From contig CAVSLV010000001.1 of assembly GCA_963728915.1 (NCBI GenBank), positions 256,001 to 320,000 on the forward strand: a stretch of 64,000 bases of DNA, written 5' to 3'. Below, piece by piece: positions 29,401-38,828 of the stretch; within the stretch, counting starts at the first letter, position 1; every line of letters begins with the position of its first letter. This DNA is from an uncultured Gemmatimonadales bacterium. GTDB taxonomy: Bacteria > Gemmatimonadota > Gemmatimonadetes > Gemmatimonadales > GWC2-71-9. Below the pieces are notes generated by a model. The model ran no database searches and had not been told where the DNA came from. It was given only the letters and a program-made list of their open reading frames with translations. Made by a program: the position numbers and the translations under genes.

Positions 29401-31752
29401 ATGCGGGTCGATCCGCCCTATCGCCTGGCGCTGGCGATCTCGGGCGTGGTGCTGCTCGGACTCCTGATTTCCCTGGCGCCGTCCGTCACGTTCTGGGATG
29501 CCGGCGAGCTCATTGCGGCGATGAAGGTGCTCGGGATTCCCCATCCACCCGGCACCCCGTTGTTCGTCATGATGGGACACGTCTTCGCCACGATGTTTCC
29601 CTTCGGTGAGTTCGCGTTCCGCACCAACCTGCTGAGTGCCCTGTTCGCCTCGGCGGGAGCCGGATGCTGGTTTCTGGTTCTCCACGAAGCCGCGCTCCGG
29701 TTCCAGCTCGCGTTCCCGCTGGGAGACGACGGCACGGACCAGGAGCGCCTGGTCTGGAACGCCCGGGCGGCGGCGGCGGCCGGCAGCGTCATCGCCGCGT
29801 TCACGTTCTCCAACTGGCTGAACAGCAACGAAACCGAGGTCTACGCAGTTTCGACCTTCGCGATCGCAGCGACCTGCTGGCTGATGCTGCGTTGGCGGGC
29901 GGCGCGGGGCACTCCTCGAGCCCGTCGCTTCCTGCTGCTGGTGGGCTACCTGCTCGGTCTTGCGGTGGGCAACCATCTGCTCGGACTTCTGGCGGGGCCT
30001 GCAGTCGTGGCATTCATGGCCGCGGAGCTGCGGGGCAATCCCGCCAGGGATGAACAGGAGCGACGGCGCGAATGGGCGGACCCGGCCATGATGGCCGGGG
30101 CCTGGGCGCTGCTGGTCGGGGTCGGTCTGGCCAGTCCCACCCTGGCGACCATCGGCGTGGTGGCGGTTCTGGGCGCCCTTGGGTTTGCGGTCACCCGCCG
30201 GGAGGCGGGGTTCGCTTTCCTGCTCATCGGCATCGCCCTGGTTGGAATCACTCCCTATCTCTTCCTCTACCTCCGCGCCGGCCAGCATCCGGTCCTGAAC
30301 GAGGCGGATCCCTCGAGCTGGCGCGCCCTGGTGGACGTCATTCGCCGGGCCCAGTATCCGGTGCGCACTCCGTTCGACGATCCGACCGTGGCGCACGAGG
30401 ATCCCTCGAATCCAGGCCGCGGGCTCCGGATCGTGGTGCTCCAGCTGGCCAACTATCTCCAGTATTTCGACTGGCAATGGGCCAATGGGCTCCGCGCCGC
30501 GGTGCTCGGCTTCCCGCTTCGGATCCTGGCCACCCTGGGCTTCGCCGGGCTGGGAATCCGCGGGTGGCTGGCCCAGTGGCGCAGCGACCGGAGCGGGGCA
30601 TGGCTGCTCGGCGGGTTGTTTCTCGTCACCGGGTTAGGCCTCGTGGCCTACATGAATTTCAAGCCGGGGTTCAGCATCGGCTACAACTGGTTTCCCGAGG
30701 TGGGGCCGCACGAGGTCCGGGACCGGGACTACTTCTTCGTGGTGAGCTTCGTCACCTGGGGGCTGTGGGCAGGACTGGGACTGCTCGCCCTGCTCCGGCG
30801 ATTCAAAACGCCCGCGCGAGTCGCCCTGCTGGCCGTCGGAGTGATCCCCTTTGCGCTCAACTTTCCGGTGACCAACCGCCGTTTCGGCCCTGACGCGCGG
30901 CTTCCCGGCGACGTCGCCTATGATCTCCTCAACTCGGTCCCGCCCTACGGCATTCTCTTCACCTATGGCGACAACGACACCTTCCCGCTCTGGTGGGCCC
31001 AGGAGGTTGCCGGGATCAGACGGGACGTGACGGTCATCTGCCTGGCCCTCGCCGAGACCGATTGGTACATGCGCCAGCTCCGGGATCAGCCGGTTCGGCC
31101 TTTCGAACCGGCGGGCGCCGACTCGATCTGGCGGGGATTGGCGGGGCCCAGGCCCGACTGGCCGCTCCATACCCTGACCGATCCGGAGATCGACGCCGCG
31201 ATTCCCCGGATCCTTCCCCGGGACGTGCTGCTTCCCGTGGGCCCGCGCCAGGTGACCCTCCCGGCGAACACCGTGCTGTACGGGAAGGACTTTCTTTCCA
31301 TTCGGGTGATTCAGCAGAACTTCGGGCGGCGGCCGATCGTCTGGGCGGTGACGGCGGCCGGGAAATACTACGGCCTCGACCGTCAGGTGGTTCAGCGCGG
31401 GCTCGGCATCGAGCTCGACACCGTGCCGGTTGATACCACCCTCGCCAAGTACGACATGACCCGGCTCATGGGGGTCCCACTCGACGTTCCCGCCACCGCC
31501 CTTTTGATGGACCAGGTGTACCGTTACGCCGGGCTGCTGGATCGCCCGACCGGGAACCTGGAGCCGACGGCGAGCGGGATGGGGAGTACCCTCGGGCTTC
31601 CCTATCTGCAGCTCTCCTTCGCGGCCGAAAGCCGGGGGGACAGCCTGCGCATGGTCCGGTGGCTCGACCGCGCAAGCAAACTCTCCCAGAACCCTGCCAT
31701 GAGGGACCGGCTCGAATCGCTCCGGCGTACGCTCCCTTCTACCGGACGGTAA
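29401..31752 (+). CDS. DUF2723 / TMEM260-like multi-pass membrane glycosyltransferase candidate
   Basis: TFWDAGELIAA...LGIPHPPGTPLF, ETEVY, RDRDYFF, GDNDTFPLW; many TM helices followed by a soluble C-terminal domain. Confidence 0.85.
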   Translation: MRVDPPYRLALAISGVVLLGLLISLAPSVTFWDAGELIAAMKVLGIPHPPGTPLFVMMGHVFATMFPFGEFAFRTNLLSALFASAGAGCWFLVLHEAALRFQLAFPLGDDGTDQERLVWNARAAAAAGSVIAAFTFSNWLNSNETEVYAVSTFAIAATCWLMLRWRAARGTPRARRFLLLVGYLLGLAVGNHLLGLLAGPAVVAFMAAELRGNPARDEQERRREWADPAMMAGAWALLVGVGLASPTLATIGVVAVLGALGFAVTRREAGFAFLLIGIALVGITPYLFLYLRAGQHPVLNEADPSSWRALVDVIRRAQYPVRTPFDDPTVAHEDPSNPGRGLRIVVLQLANYLQYFDWQWANGLRAAVLGFPLRILATLGFAGLGIRGWLAQWRSDRSGAWLLGGLFLVTGLGLVAYMNFKPGFSIGYNWFPEVGPHEVRDRDYFFVVSFVTWGLWAGLGLLALLRRFKTPARVALLAVGVIPFALNFPVTNRRFGPDARLPGDVAYDLLNSVPPYGILFTYGDNDTFPLWWAQEVAGIRRDVTVICLALAETDWYMRQLRDQPVRPFEPAGADSIWRGLAGPRPDWPLHTLTDPEIDAAIPRILPRDVLLPVGPRQVTLPANTVLYGKDFLSIRVIQQNFGRRPIVWAVTAAGKYYGLDRQVVQRGLGIELDTVPVDTTLAKYDMTRLMGVPLDVPATALLMDQVYRYAGLLDRPTGNLEPTASGMGSTLGLPYLQLSFAAESRGDSLRMVRWLDRASKLSQNPAMRDRLESLRRTLPSTGR

Positions 31753-31773
31753 CTCCATTTATTTTTGGTGGTT

Positions 31774-32466
31774 ATGGCTTTCCCGGGGCTTTCCGCGAGG
31801 GTCGCCCAGATCCGGGATGAGATTCGGCTTCACCAGGTGCGGGGAGGCTTTTCCCACCAGGTCCGGATCATCGCGGTCACCAAATCGCATGGACCGGAAG
31901 CGGTCCGCGCCGCGGTCGAGGTCGGATTGCCGGATGTGGGGGAAAACCGGGTTCAGGAGGCATTGGGGAAACAGGAGCAGCTCGGGGATCTTCCGGTTCG
32001 CTGGCATCTGATCGGGACGCTGCAGCGGAACAAGGTTCGTCACGTGATCGGGCGGTTCGTGCTGATCCACGCGGTGGATCGGGAAGACCTGGCGGTTGAG
32101 CTCGACCGGCGAATTGCCGCCGCCTCCTCGGCGCCTCAGCCGGTACTGGTCGAGGTGAATTGCTCGGGCGAGCCGGCCAAGGGAGGCGTGGCCCCGGAAT
32201 CCCTGGGAACCCTGCTCGACCGGATCCGAACCCTGCCCGGTCTCGAGGTCCGGGGCCTCATGACCATGGCGGCGTATTCCGATCTCGAACCGGTGCAGCG
32301 GCAGGCGTTCGGGATGCTTCGCGGATTGCGCGACCGGATGGGAGCCGCCGGTCATGTGCTCCCCGAGCTGTCGATGGGGATGTCCGGCGACTTCCGGGTC
32401 GCTGTGGAGGAAGGGGCCACCATGGTCCGGTTGGGTACCCTGCTGTTCGGAGAGCGCCCGCAATGA
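31774..32466 (+). CDS. yggS: PLP homeostasis protein YggS
   Basis: IAVTK, GENRVQEA, WHLIGTLQRNK, LSMGMSGD, VRLGT. Confidence 0.95.
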   Translation: MAFPGLSARVAQIRDEIRLHQVRGGFSHQVRIIAVTKSHGPEAVRAAVEVGLPDVGENRVQEALGKQEQLGDLPVRWHLIGTLQRNKVRHVIGRFVLIHAVDREDLAVELDRRIAAASSAPQPVLVEVNCSGEPAKGGVAPESLGTLLDRIRTLPGLEVRGLMTMAAYSDLEPVQRQAFGMLRGLRDRMGAAGHVLPELSMGMSGDFRVAVEEGATMVRLGTLLFGERPQ

Positions 32467-32999
32467 GCGACCACGCGTTCCATCTGACCGCGCACGACGT
32501 GCGAGCCCAGGAGTTCCAGAAGGTCCTCCGGGGCTACGATCCGGCCCAGGTCGACGAATTCAAGCAGCGCCTCGCCGAGGAGATCGATCGGCTGGTGCGG
32601 GAGCGGGTGGGGTTGGACGAGCGCGTGCGCAGCATGAGCGAGCAGCTCAAGTCGTACCGGGACCGGGAACGGGCCATGAACGATGCCCTGGTCTCGGCGC
32701 AGCAGCTGCGCGGAGAAATCCAGCAGCAGGTGGACCGGGAGCGGGAAGTGTCCCTGCGGGAGGTCCAGGCCGACGCGGAGCGGGTTATGCGCGAGGCGGC
32801 CGCCGAAGCCGACCGGCTGCTCCAGCAGGCCCGCTCTGACGAGCAGCGGCTCCGCAGCGCCAATGAGGTGGCCCGGGCCCAGTTCCAGGGCTACGTGGTG
32901 AGCCTGCGCCAGTTGCTGGAGCGTCAGCTCGCCGAGCTTGCCGCCCTGGCCGGCGACCAGGATTCCAGAGGCCGCCCGCCCCGCGGCGCCGAGGGATGA
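32463..32999 (+). CDS. divIVA: DivIVA domain-containing protein
   Basis: LTAHDVRAQEFQKVLRGYDPAQVDEF N-terminal motif followed by a long coiled coil. Confidence 0.88.
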   Translation: MSDHAFHLTAHDVRAQEFQKVLRGYDPAQVDEFKQRLAEEIDRLVRERVGLDERVRSMSEQLKSYRDRERAMNDALVSAQQLRGEIQQQVDREREVSLREVQADAERVMREAAAEADRLLQQARSDEQRLRSANEVARAQFQGYVVSLRQLLERQLAELAALAGDQDSRGRPPRGAEG

Positions 33000-35900
33000 C
33001 TCCCACCCGCGCCCTGCCGGCCTGGCCCGATCAGGGTGCCGATGCGATGGAGCGCGAGCTGCTCGATCGCTGGAAGGAAGAACGCCTGTTCGCCGCGGTG
33101 CAGGAGGCCCGGCGCGACTCGCCGCCCTTCGTGTTCTTCGAGGGTCCCCCCACCGCGAACGGGCGTCCCGGAATTCACCACGTCTTCTCGCGCACCATCA
33201 AGGATCTGTTCTGTCGCTTCCAGGTCATGCAGGGTCGCTCGGTCACCCGGATTGCCGGCTGGGATACCCACGGCTTGCCGGTCGAGATCGAAGTCGAGAA
33301 GAGCCTGGGACTCTCGGGGAAGAAGGCGATCGAGGAGTACGGGGTCGTCGAGTTCAACCGGCTCTGCCGGGAGAGCGTGTTCCGCTACAAGCGGGACTGG
33401 GAGGCCTTGTCGGAGCGAATCGGCTACTGGCTCGACTACGACCATCCCTACATCACCTGCACCCCGCAGTACATCGAATCGGTCTGGTGGCTGCTCAAGC
33501 AGCTTCATCAGCGGGAGCTCCTCACCCGCGGTCACCGGGTGCTGCCGTACTGTCCCCGGTGCGGCACCGTGCTGTCGAGCCACGAGCTGGCCCAGGGGTA
33601 CGAGCGGGTTCAGGACAAGTCGGTCTACCTGACCTTCCTGCTCGCCGACGGCCGGGAGCTCGTGGTCTGGACCACGACGCCCTGGACCCTGCCGTCCAAC
33701 GTGGCCGCCGCGGTTCATCCCGATCTGGAGTACGGAGAGTTCACCGGACCCGCCGGGCGCCGCCTCGTCCTGGCCACCGCGCGTGCCGGGGCCCTGGACG
33801 ATCTCATCGATCCGACACCGGTCCGGACGTTCCCCGGCGCCGAGCTGGTGGGACTCCGATACCACCGGCCCCTGGACGTCGTCCCGCTTCCAGAGCAGGG
33901 CGACCACTCCGTGGTGGTGGCAGGCGATTTCGTGACGGCGGAAGACGGCAGCGGCATCGTACACATGGCGCCGGCGTTCGGCGCCGACGACTACGAGATG
34001 GGCCGTCGCCAGGGGCTCGCCATGCTTCGTCCGGTGAATTCGGAGGGCCGATTCCAGGGTACCACCTGGCCCGAGCTGGAAGGCCGCCTGGTGACGGATC
34101 AACCAACCAACGATCTGATCATCCGGCGCCTCAAGGACGAAGGCCGCCATCTTCGGACCGAGACCTACGAACACGAGTATCCCCATTGCTGGCGATGTCA
34201 AAGCAAGCTGATCTACTACGCCCGGGAATCGTGGTTCGTGCGCACCTCGGCCATTCGGGATCGGTTGTTGGCGCTCAACGCCGGGATCAACTGGCAACCG
34301 CCGGAAACCGGGGCGGGGCGGTTCGGCGACTGGCTGGCGAACAACGTCGACTGGGCGCTCTCCCGCGACCGCTACTGGGGGACTCCGCTCCCGATCTGGG
34401 TCTCCGATCAGAACCCGGACGTGGTCGAAGTGATCGGCAGCTTCGCCGAGTTGGCCGGGAAGCTCGGGCGACCGTTGCCCGACGGATTCGATCCCCACAA
34501 GCCGGACATCGACGCGCTCACCTGGGCGGGCCCTGAGGGGGCGACGATGAAGCGGGTGCCCGAGGTAATCGATGCCTGGTTCGATTCCGGCGCGATGCCC
34601 TACGCCCAGTGGCACTACCCGTTCGAGCACGAGCCGGAGTTCAAGCGCCATTTCCCCGCGGATTTCATCTGCGAAGGTCTGGATCAGACCCGGGGCTGGT
34701 TCTACTCGCTCCTCGCGATCGGCGCGGGGGTGTTCGACCAGTCCCCCTATCGGAACGTCGTGGTCAACGACCAGGTGCTCGACGCCGAGGGCCTGAAGAT
34801 GTCGAAGAGCCGGGGGAACATCGTGGACCCCTGGACCGCTCTGGGCGAATTCGGCGCCGATCTGACCCGGCTCTACTTCCTGGTCTCGAGCGATGTCTGG
34901 AAACCCAAACGGTTCGATCGTGCCGCGATTCTCGAGGCGGCGGGTGGATTCCTGAACACCCTGCGGAACACTTACACGTTTCATGTGCTGTATGCGAGGG
35001 TCGAGGCTGGAGTCCCGATTCCGGCGTCCGGCGATGAGGCCGGCTTGCTCGATCGGTGGCTCCTGTCCCGGCTCTCGGCGACGGTGCGGGACGTGACGGC
35101 CGCGTGGAAGAGCTACGACCCCACCGGAGGGGCCCGGGCCATTCAGACCTTCGTGGTGGACGACCTCTCGAACTGGTGGCTGCGCCAGAGCCGTTCGCGA
35201 TTCTGGGCTCCCGACCGGGACGCCGATCCCGCCGCGGTCGGGCTGCTCCACACCAGCCTGCTCACGGTGTCCCGCCTGCTCGCGCCGGCGGCGCCGTTCG
35301 TGAGCGACTGGATCCATCGCGCCCTCACCGGCGAGTCGGTGCATCTGGCGCTGTTCCCCGAGCCGATTGCGACGCCCGACGCCGATCTGGAATCCGCGAT
35401 GGCGGCGGTGCGCCGGCTGGCCTCGCTGGCGCGCGCGGCGCGGGAGGAGCGGAACCTCCGGGTCCGGCAACCCCTTCGGCGCTTGAAGGTCGCGGTGCCC
35501 ACCGGGACCGACACCGATCGTTTCCGCGGCATGCTTCCTCTCCTGGCCCAGGAAGTGAACGTGCGCGACATCGAGGTGGTGACCTCCGATGCGGAGCTGG
35601 TCCGGCTTCGTGGCCGCCCCAACTTCCGGGAGCTCGGCAAGTCGTTCGGCAAGCATACCCAGGCGGCGGCGCAGGCGGCCGCGAAGCTCTCCGCCGAGCA
35701 GCTGCGCGCCTTGGAGAGCGGCGCGAGCGTCACCTCTCAGGTCAACGGCGCCGCGTTCGAGTTTCTGCCCGCCCACGTGACGGTCGAGCGGGAGGTCGCC
35801 ACCGACTGGCTGGTGCAGTCGAGCGGGAGCTACGTCGCCGCGCTCGACCCGGTCCTCACCGAGGACCTGGTGGGAGAAGGGTTGGCCCGGGAAGTGGTGA

Positions 35901-36151
35901 ACCGGGTGCAGCGGCTTCGCAAGGATGCCGGCTACAGCTACACCACCCGGATCGCCTTGTGGGTGGATGGACCGGCGATCGTGCTCGACGCGGTTCGGGC
36001 CCATGCCGACTACATTCGCGGCGAAACCCTGGCCCGGATCCTCCATCCCGGCGCGCGAGCCGGAGCGGCCGATCGGCAGGAAACAGTGGAGATCGATGGG
36101 CACTCCGTCGTCTTAGCGGTGATCCGCCATCCGGATCGCGAAACGCAGTAA
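32996..36151 (+). CDS. ileS: Isoleucine--tRNA ligase, type 2, with GIHH signature
   Basis: EGPPTANGRPGIHH, GWDTHGLP, WTTTPWTLP, EGLDQTRGWF, KMSKS; IleRS2-type C-terminus (EGLAREVVNRVQRLRK). Confidence 0.97.
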   Translation: MTPTRALPAWPDQGADAMERELLDRWKEERLFAAVQEARRDSPPFVFFEGPPTANGRPGIHHVFSRTIKDLFCRFQVMQGRSVTRIAGWDTHGLPVEIEVEKSLGLSGKKAIEEYGVVEFNRLCRESVFRYKRDWEALSERIGYWLDYDHPYITCTPQYIESVWWLLKQLHQRELLTRGHRVLPYCPRCGTVLSSHELAQGYERVQDKSVYLTFLLADGRELVVWTTTPWTLPSNVAAAVHPDLEYGEFTGPAGRRLVLATARAGALDDLIDPTPVRTFPGAELVGLRYHRPLDVVPLPEQGDHSVVVAGDFVTAEDGSGIVHMAPAFGADDYEMGRRQGLAMLRPVNSEGRFQGTTWPELEGRLVTDQPTNDLIIRRLKDEGRHLRTETYEHEYPHCWRCQSKLIYYARESWFVRTSAIRDRLLALNAGINWQPPETGAGRFGDWLANNVDWALSRDRYWGTPLPIWVSDQNPDVVEVIGSFAELAGKLGRPLPDGFDPHKPDIDALTWAGPEGATMKRVPEVIDAWFDSGAMPYAQWHYPFEHEPEFKRHFPADFICEGLDQTRGWFYSLLAIGAGVFDQSPYRNVVVNDQVLDAEGLKMSKSRGNIVDPWTALGEFGADLTRLYFLVSSDVWKPKRFDRAAILEAAGGFLNTLRNTYTFHVLYARVEAGVPIPASGDEAGLLDRWLLSRLSATVRDVTAAWKSYDPTGGARAIQTFVVDDLSNWWLRQSRSRFWAPDRDADPAAVGLLHTSLLTVSRLLAPAAPFVSDWIHRALTGESVHLALFPEPIATPDADLESAMAAVRRLASLARAAREERNLRVRQPLRRLKVAVPTGTDTDRFRGMLPLLAQEVNVRDIEVVTSDAELVRLRGRPNFRELGKSFGKHTQAAAQAAAKLSAEQLRALESGASVTSQVNGAAFEFLPAHVTVEREVATDWLVQSSGSYVAALDPVLTEDLVGEGLAREVVNRVQRLRKDAGYSYTTRIALWVDGPAIVLDAVRAHADYIRGETLARILHPGARAGAADRQETVEIDGHSVVLAVIRHPDRETQ

Positions 36152-36167
36152 TCACCTGGAACGGGTT

Positions 36168-36551
36168 ATGACCAAGCAGCAGTTGAAGCATCTCGAGGAG
36201 CGCCTGCGGGACGAGCGCGCCCGCGTCATGAAGGAGCTCGGGTACTACGACGAGTCCTTCAGCAACACGCTGCAATCGTCCGATGGCGATCTCTCCTCGT
36301 ATTCCTTTCACATGGCCGATCAGGGCACCGACACCTCGGAACGGGAAAAGCAGTTCCTGTTCGCCTCCCAGGAGGGGCGCTATCTCTGGCACGTGAACCA
36401 GGCCCTGCGCCGGCTCTACAACGACCCCGAGCAGTTCGGGCGCTGCCAGACCTGCGGGAAGGAAATCTCGTTCGAGCGGCTCGACGCCCTCCCCCATGCC
36501 CGGTTGTGCATCACCTGCAAGGAAAAGGAAGAGGATGAAAAGCGGCGCTAG
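36168..36551 (+). CDS. TraR/DksA C4-type zinc finger protein
   Basis: Coiled coil with HMADQGTD tip; CQTC...ERLDALP...CITC. Confidence 0.9.
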   Translation: MTKQQLKHLEERLRDERARVMKELGYYDESFSNTLQSSDGDLSSYSFHMADQGTDTSEREKQFLFASQEGRYLWHVNQALRRLYNDPEQFGRCQTCGKEISFERLDALPHARLCITCKEKEEDEKRR

Positions 36552-37059
36552 GCCCCCGGTGCTCTTCTGGGTGGTGGCGTTCGTGATCCTGGCCGGCGAT
36601 CTCGTCACCAAGCGTATCGTGGAGCTGCGTCTCCTCCCGGTGCCGCCGGTCTCCGTGTTCGGCGAATGGCTTCAGCTCCGCCTGGTGTACAACCAGGGGG
36701 CCGCATTCGGGCTGGACCTGGGCCCCTATTCGCGCTGGATCTTCATGATGCTCGCGGTGGTCGCCATCGTGCTTCTGTTCCGGCTTTCCCGGAACAGCTC
36801 CGCGACCGATACGTTCCGGCACCTCGCCTGCGGCCTGGTCGCGGGGGGCGCAGCGGGGAACCTGCTGGACCGGCTCCGTCACGCCAACGGCGTGGTCGAT
36901 TTCATCGATGTCGGCATCGGGGCTCACCGCTGGCCCACCTTCAACGTCGCCGACATGGGCGTGAGCGTCGGGGCCATTCTCCTGGCGCTCTCCCTGTGGC
37001 TCGAGGACGCCCGGCGTCGCCGGGAGGAATCCCACTCGGCGCCGATCGCCTCGCCCTGA
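36535..37059 (+). CDS. lspA: Lipoprotein signal peptidase II
   Basis: NQGAAFG, GNLLDR, VVDFI, FNVAD. Confidence 0.95.
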   Translation: MKSGARPPVLFWVVAFVILAGDLVTKRIVELRLLPVPPVSVFGEWLQLRLVYNQGAAFGLDLGPYSRWIFMMLAVVAIVLLFRLSRNSSATDTFRHLACGLVAGGAAGNLLDRLRHANGVVDFIDVGIGAHRWPTFNVADMGVSVGAILLALSLWLEDARRRREESHSAPIASP

Positions 37060-37063
37060 TCCG

Positions 37064-38083
37064 TTGTCAGCGATCGCGTTTTCGGTCGCGGTCCCCGCGA
37101 CCGAGCGTCTCGATCGTTTTCTCGCCGATCAGCTGAGCCTTTCTCGCACCCAGGCGGCCCGGGTGGTGGCGGCGGGAACGGTCCGGGTGAACGGGAAGGT
37201 CGCGCGGGCCTCCCGCCTCCTGCTCCGTCAGGAGCTGGTCGAGGTCGAGTTCCCCGATGCCGCACCTCCCCGGACGCTCCGCCCTCCCAGTGACGCAATC
37301 CCTCCGATCGCGGTGATTTTCGAGGACGAGCACCTGGCCGTGATCGACAAGCCGGCGGGACTGGTGGTCCATCCGGCGCCGGGTCACTGGGATGACACCC
37401 TGGTGCACGCGCTCGTGGCGCGGGGAACTTCGCTGGCCGGCGGCGCCCCCGGGCGTCCGGGCATCGTGCACCGTCTCGATCGCGATACCAGCGGGCTCAT
37501 GCTCATCGCGAAGACCGACCTGGCCCATCGTCGCCTCGGGGCAGCGCTCGCGGCGCGACGGATCAGGCGCGCCTACGCGGTGCTCGCCTGGGGGCACTTC
37601 GACGAGGATCGATTCACCATCGAGGCGCCGATCGGCCGGCACCCGGTGGACCGCAAGCGAATGACGGTGCGCTCCGATGGACGAGCCGCCCGCACCGATA
37701 TCTCGAGGTTCGCGCGATTCGCCGTCTCCGATCTGGCCCGGGCCGAGCTTCACACCGGACGCACTCATCAGATCCGGGTGCACCTGGCGCACGCCGGGCA
37801 TCCGGTCGTCGGCGACCCGGTGTACGGACTGGGTGGTGCGCGACGGATCGGTGGGGCCGGCCGGATGCAGGCGGCTGATCTTGAGCGCCGCACTCCCCGT
37901 CAGGCCCTGCACGCCGCCGAGCTCGATTTCTCCCATCCGGTCACCGGCAAGCCCTGCCGGCTTCGTTCGGAATGGCCGGCCGATCTTCACGACTGTCTCC
38001 GCGCCGCCGGCCTGTCCGACGACATTGATCCCGCTTCCGCCCTGACCTATCTTGGCTTCTTCAGCCAAGAGAACAATGGATGA
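37064..38083 (+). CDS. rluD: RluA/RluD-family 23S rRNA pseudouridine synthase
   Basis: N-terminal S4 domain (RLDRFL), KPAGLVVHP, IVHRLDRDTSG, TGRTHQIRVH. Confidence 0.9.
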   Translation: MSAIAFSVAVPATERLDRFLADQLSLSRTQAARVVAAGTVRVNGKVARASRLLLRQELVEVEFPDAAPPRTLRPPSDAIPPIAVIFEDEHLAVIDKPAGLVVHPAPGHWDDTLVHALVARGTSLAGGAPGRPGIVHRLDRDTSGLMLIAKTDLAHRRLGAALAARRIRRAYAVLAWGHFDEDRFTIEAPIGRHPVDRKRMTVRSDGRAARTDISRFARFAVSDLARAELHTGRTHQIRVHLAHAGHPVVGDPVYGLGGARRIGGAGRMQAADLERRTPRQALHAAELDFSHPVTGKPCRLRSEWPADLHDCLRAAGLSDDIDPASALTYLGFFSQENNG

Positions 38084-38438
38084 CACCGGTCTCGGCACCG
38101 AACGCGTCCTGGTGTGCCGGTCCGCAGGGGAGCGATTTGCGCTGCCTGCGGCCATGGTCCGCGAAGTGGTGGCGCTTCCTCCGCTCTCCCGGATTCCCGG
38201 AGCGACCTCGCGAGTGCGGGGTCTCGCGAATGTGCATGGAATCCTGGTGACGGTGCTGAGTGCCCCCACCCTGGTGGATCCCGCCGGCTCGAAGGAGAGC
38301 CTGCTCGTCGTTCTGACCCTGCACCGCGGCCAGGTGGGATTCGCGGTCGAGGATGCCGACGCCCTGGCGGGTGGGGAAGCGGGGGTCCGGATGGTGGATG
38401 TGGAGGCTGTGGTACGAGGACTGCTGGGGACTTCGTGA
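38076..38438 (+). CDS. cheW: Short CheW-like coupling protein
   Basis: FALPAAMVREVV, RIPGA...VRGLANVHG, VGFAVE. Confidence 0.8.
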   Translation: MDDTGLGTERVLVCRSAGERFALPAAMVREVVALPPLSRIPGATSRVRGLANVHGILVTVLSAPTLVDPAGSKESLLVVLTLHRGQVGFAVEDADALAGGEAGVRMVDVEAVVRGLLGTS

Positions 38439-38461
38439 CACCAAAAGGCCAGGAGCGGCTC

Positions 38462-38824
38462 GTGTCCAAAAACATTCTCGTATGCGACGACGCGATCTTC
38501 ATGCGGACCATGATCACGGATATCCTCTCCCAGGCGGGCTATGAGGTCGTGGGCGAGGCGGCTTCCGGGGCCCAGGCCATCGATCAGTACCGGGCGCTCA
38601 AGCCGGATCTGGTCACCATGGACATCGTCATGCCCGACATGAGCGGGATCGAGGCAGTTCGGGCCATTTGCAAGGAATTCCCGGACGCCAAGATCCTGAT
38701 GTGCAGCGCCATGGGGCAGCAGGGGCTCGTGGTGGAGGCCATCCAGGCCGGCGCCAAGGACTTCGTGGTCAAGCCGTTCCAGCCCACCCGGGTCCTCGAA
38801 GCGGTGCAGCGGTTGCTGGGGTAG
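38462..38824 (+). CDS. cheY: Single-domain response regulator CheY (Bacillus/Thermotoga-like)
   Basis: ILVCDDAIFMR, DLVTMDIVMP, MCSAMGQ, FVVKPF; AGGAG RBS. Confidence 0.92.
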   Translation: MSKNILVCDDAIFMRTMITDILSQAGYEVVGEAASGAQAIDQYRALKPDLVTMDIVMPDMSGIEAVRAICKEFPDAKILMCSAMGQQGLVVEAIQAGAKDFVVKPFQPTRVLEAVQRLLG

Positions 38825-38828
38825 CGCG

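Noticed and set aside
32924..36103. Very long antisense ORFs (1059 aa here; also 4286-6472, 7295-9475, 48854-50698, 51671-54004)
   Set aside because: They mirror well-supported genes in a high-GC genome where antisense frames lack stops, and show no recognisable motifs.
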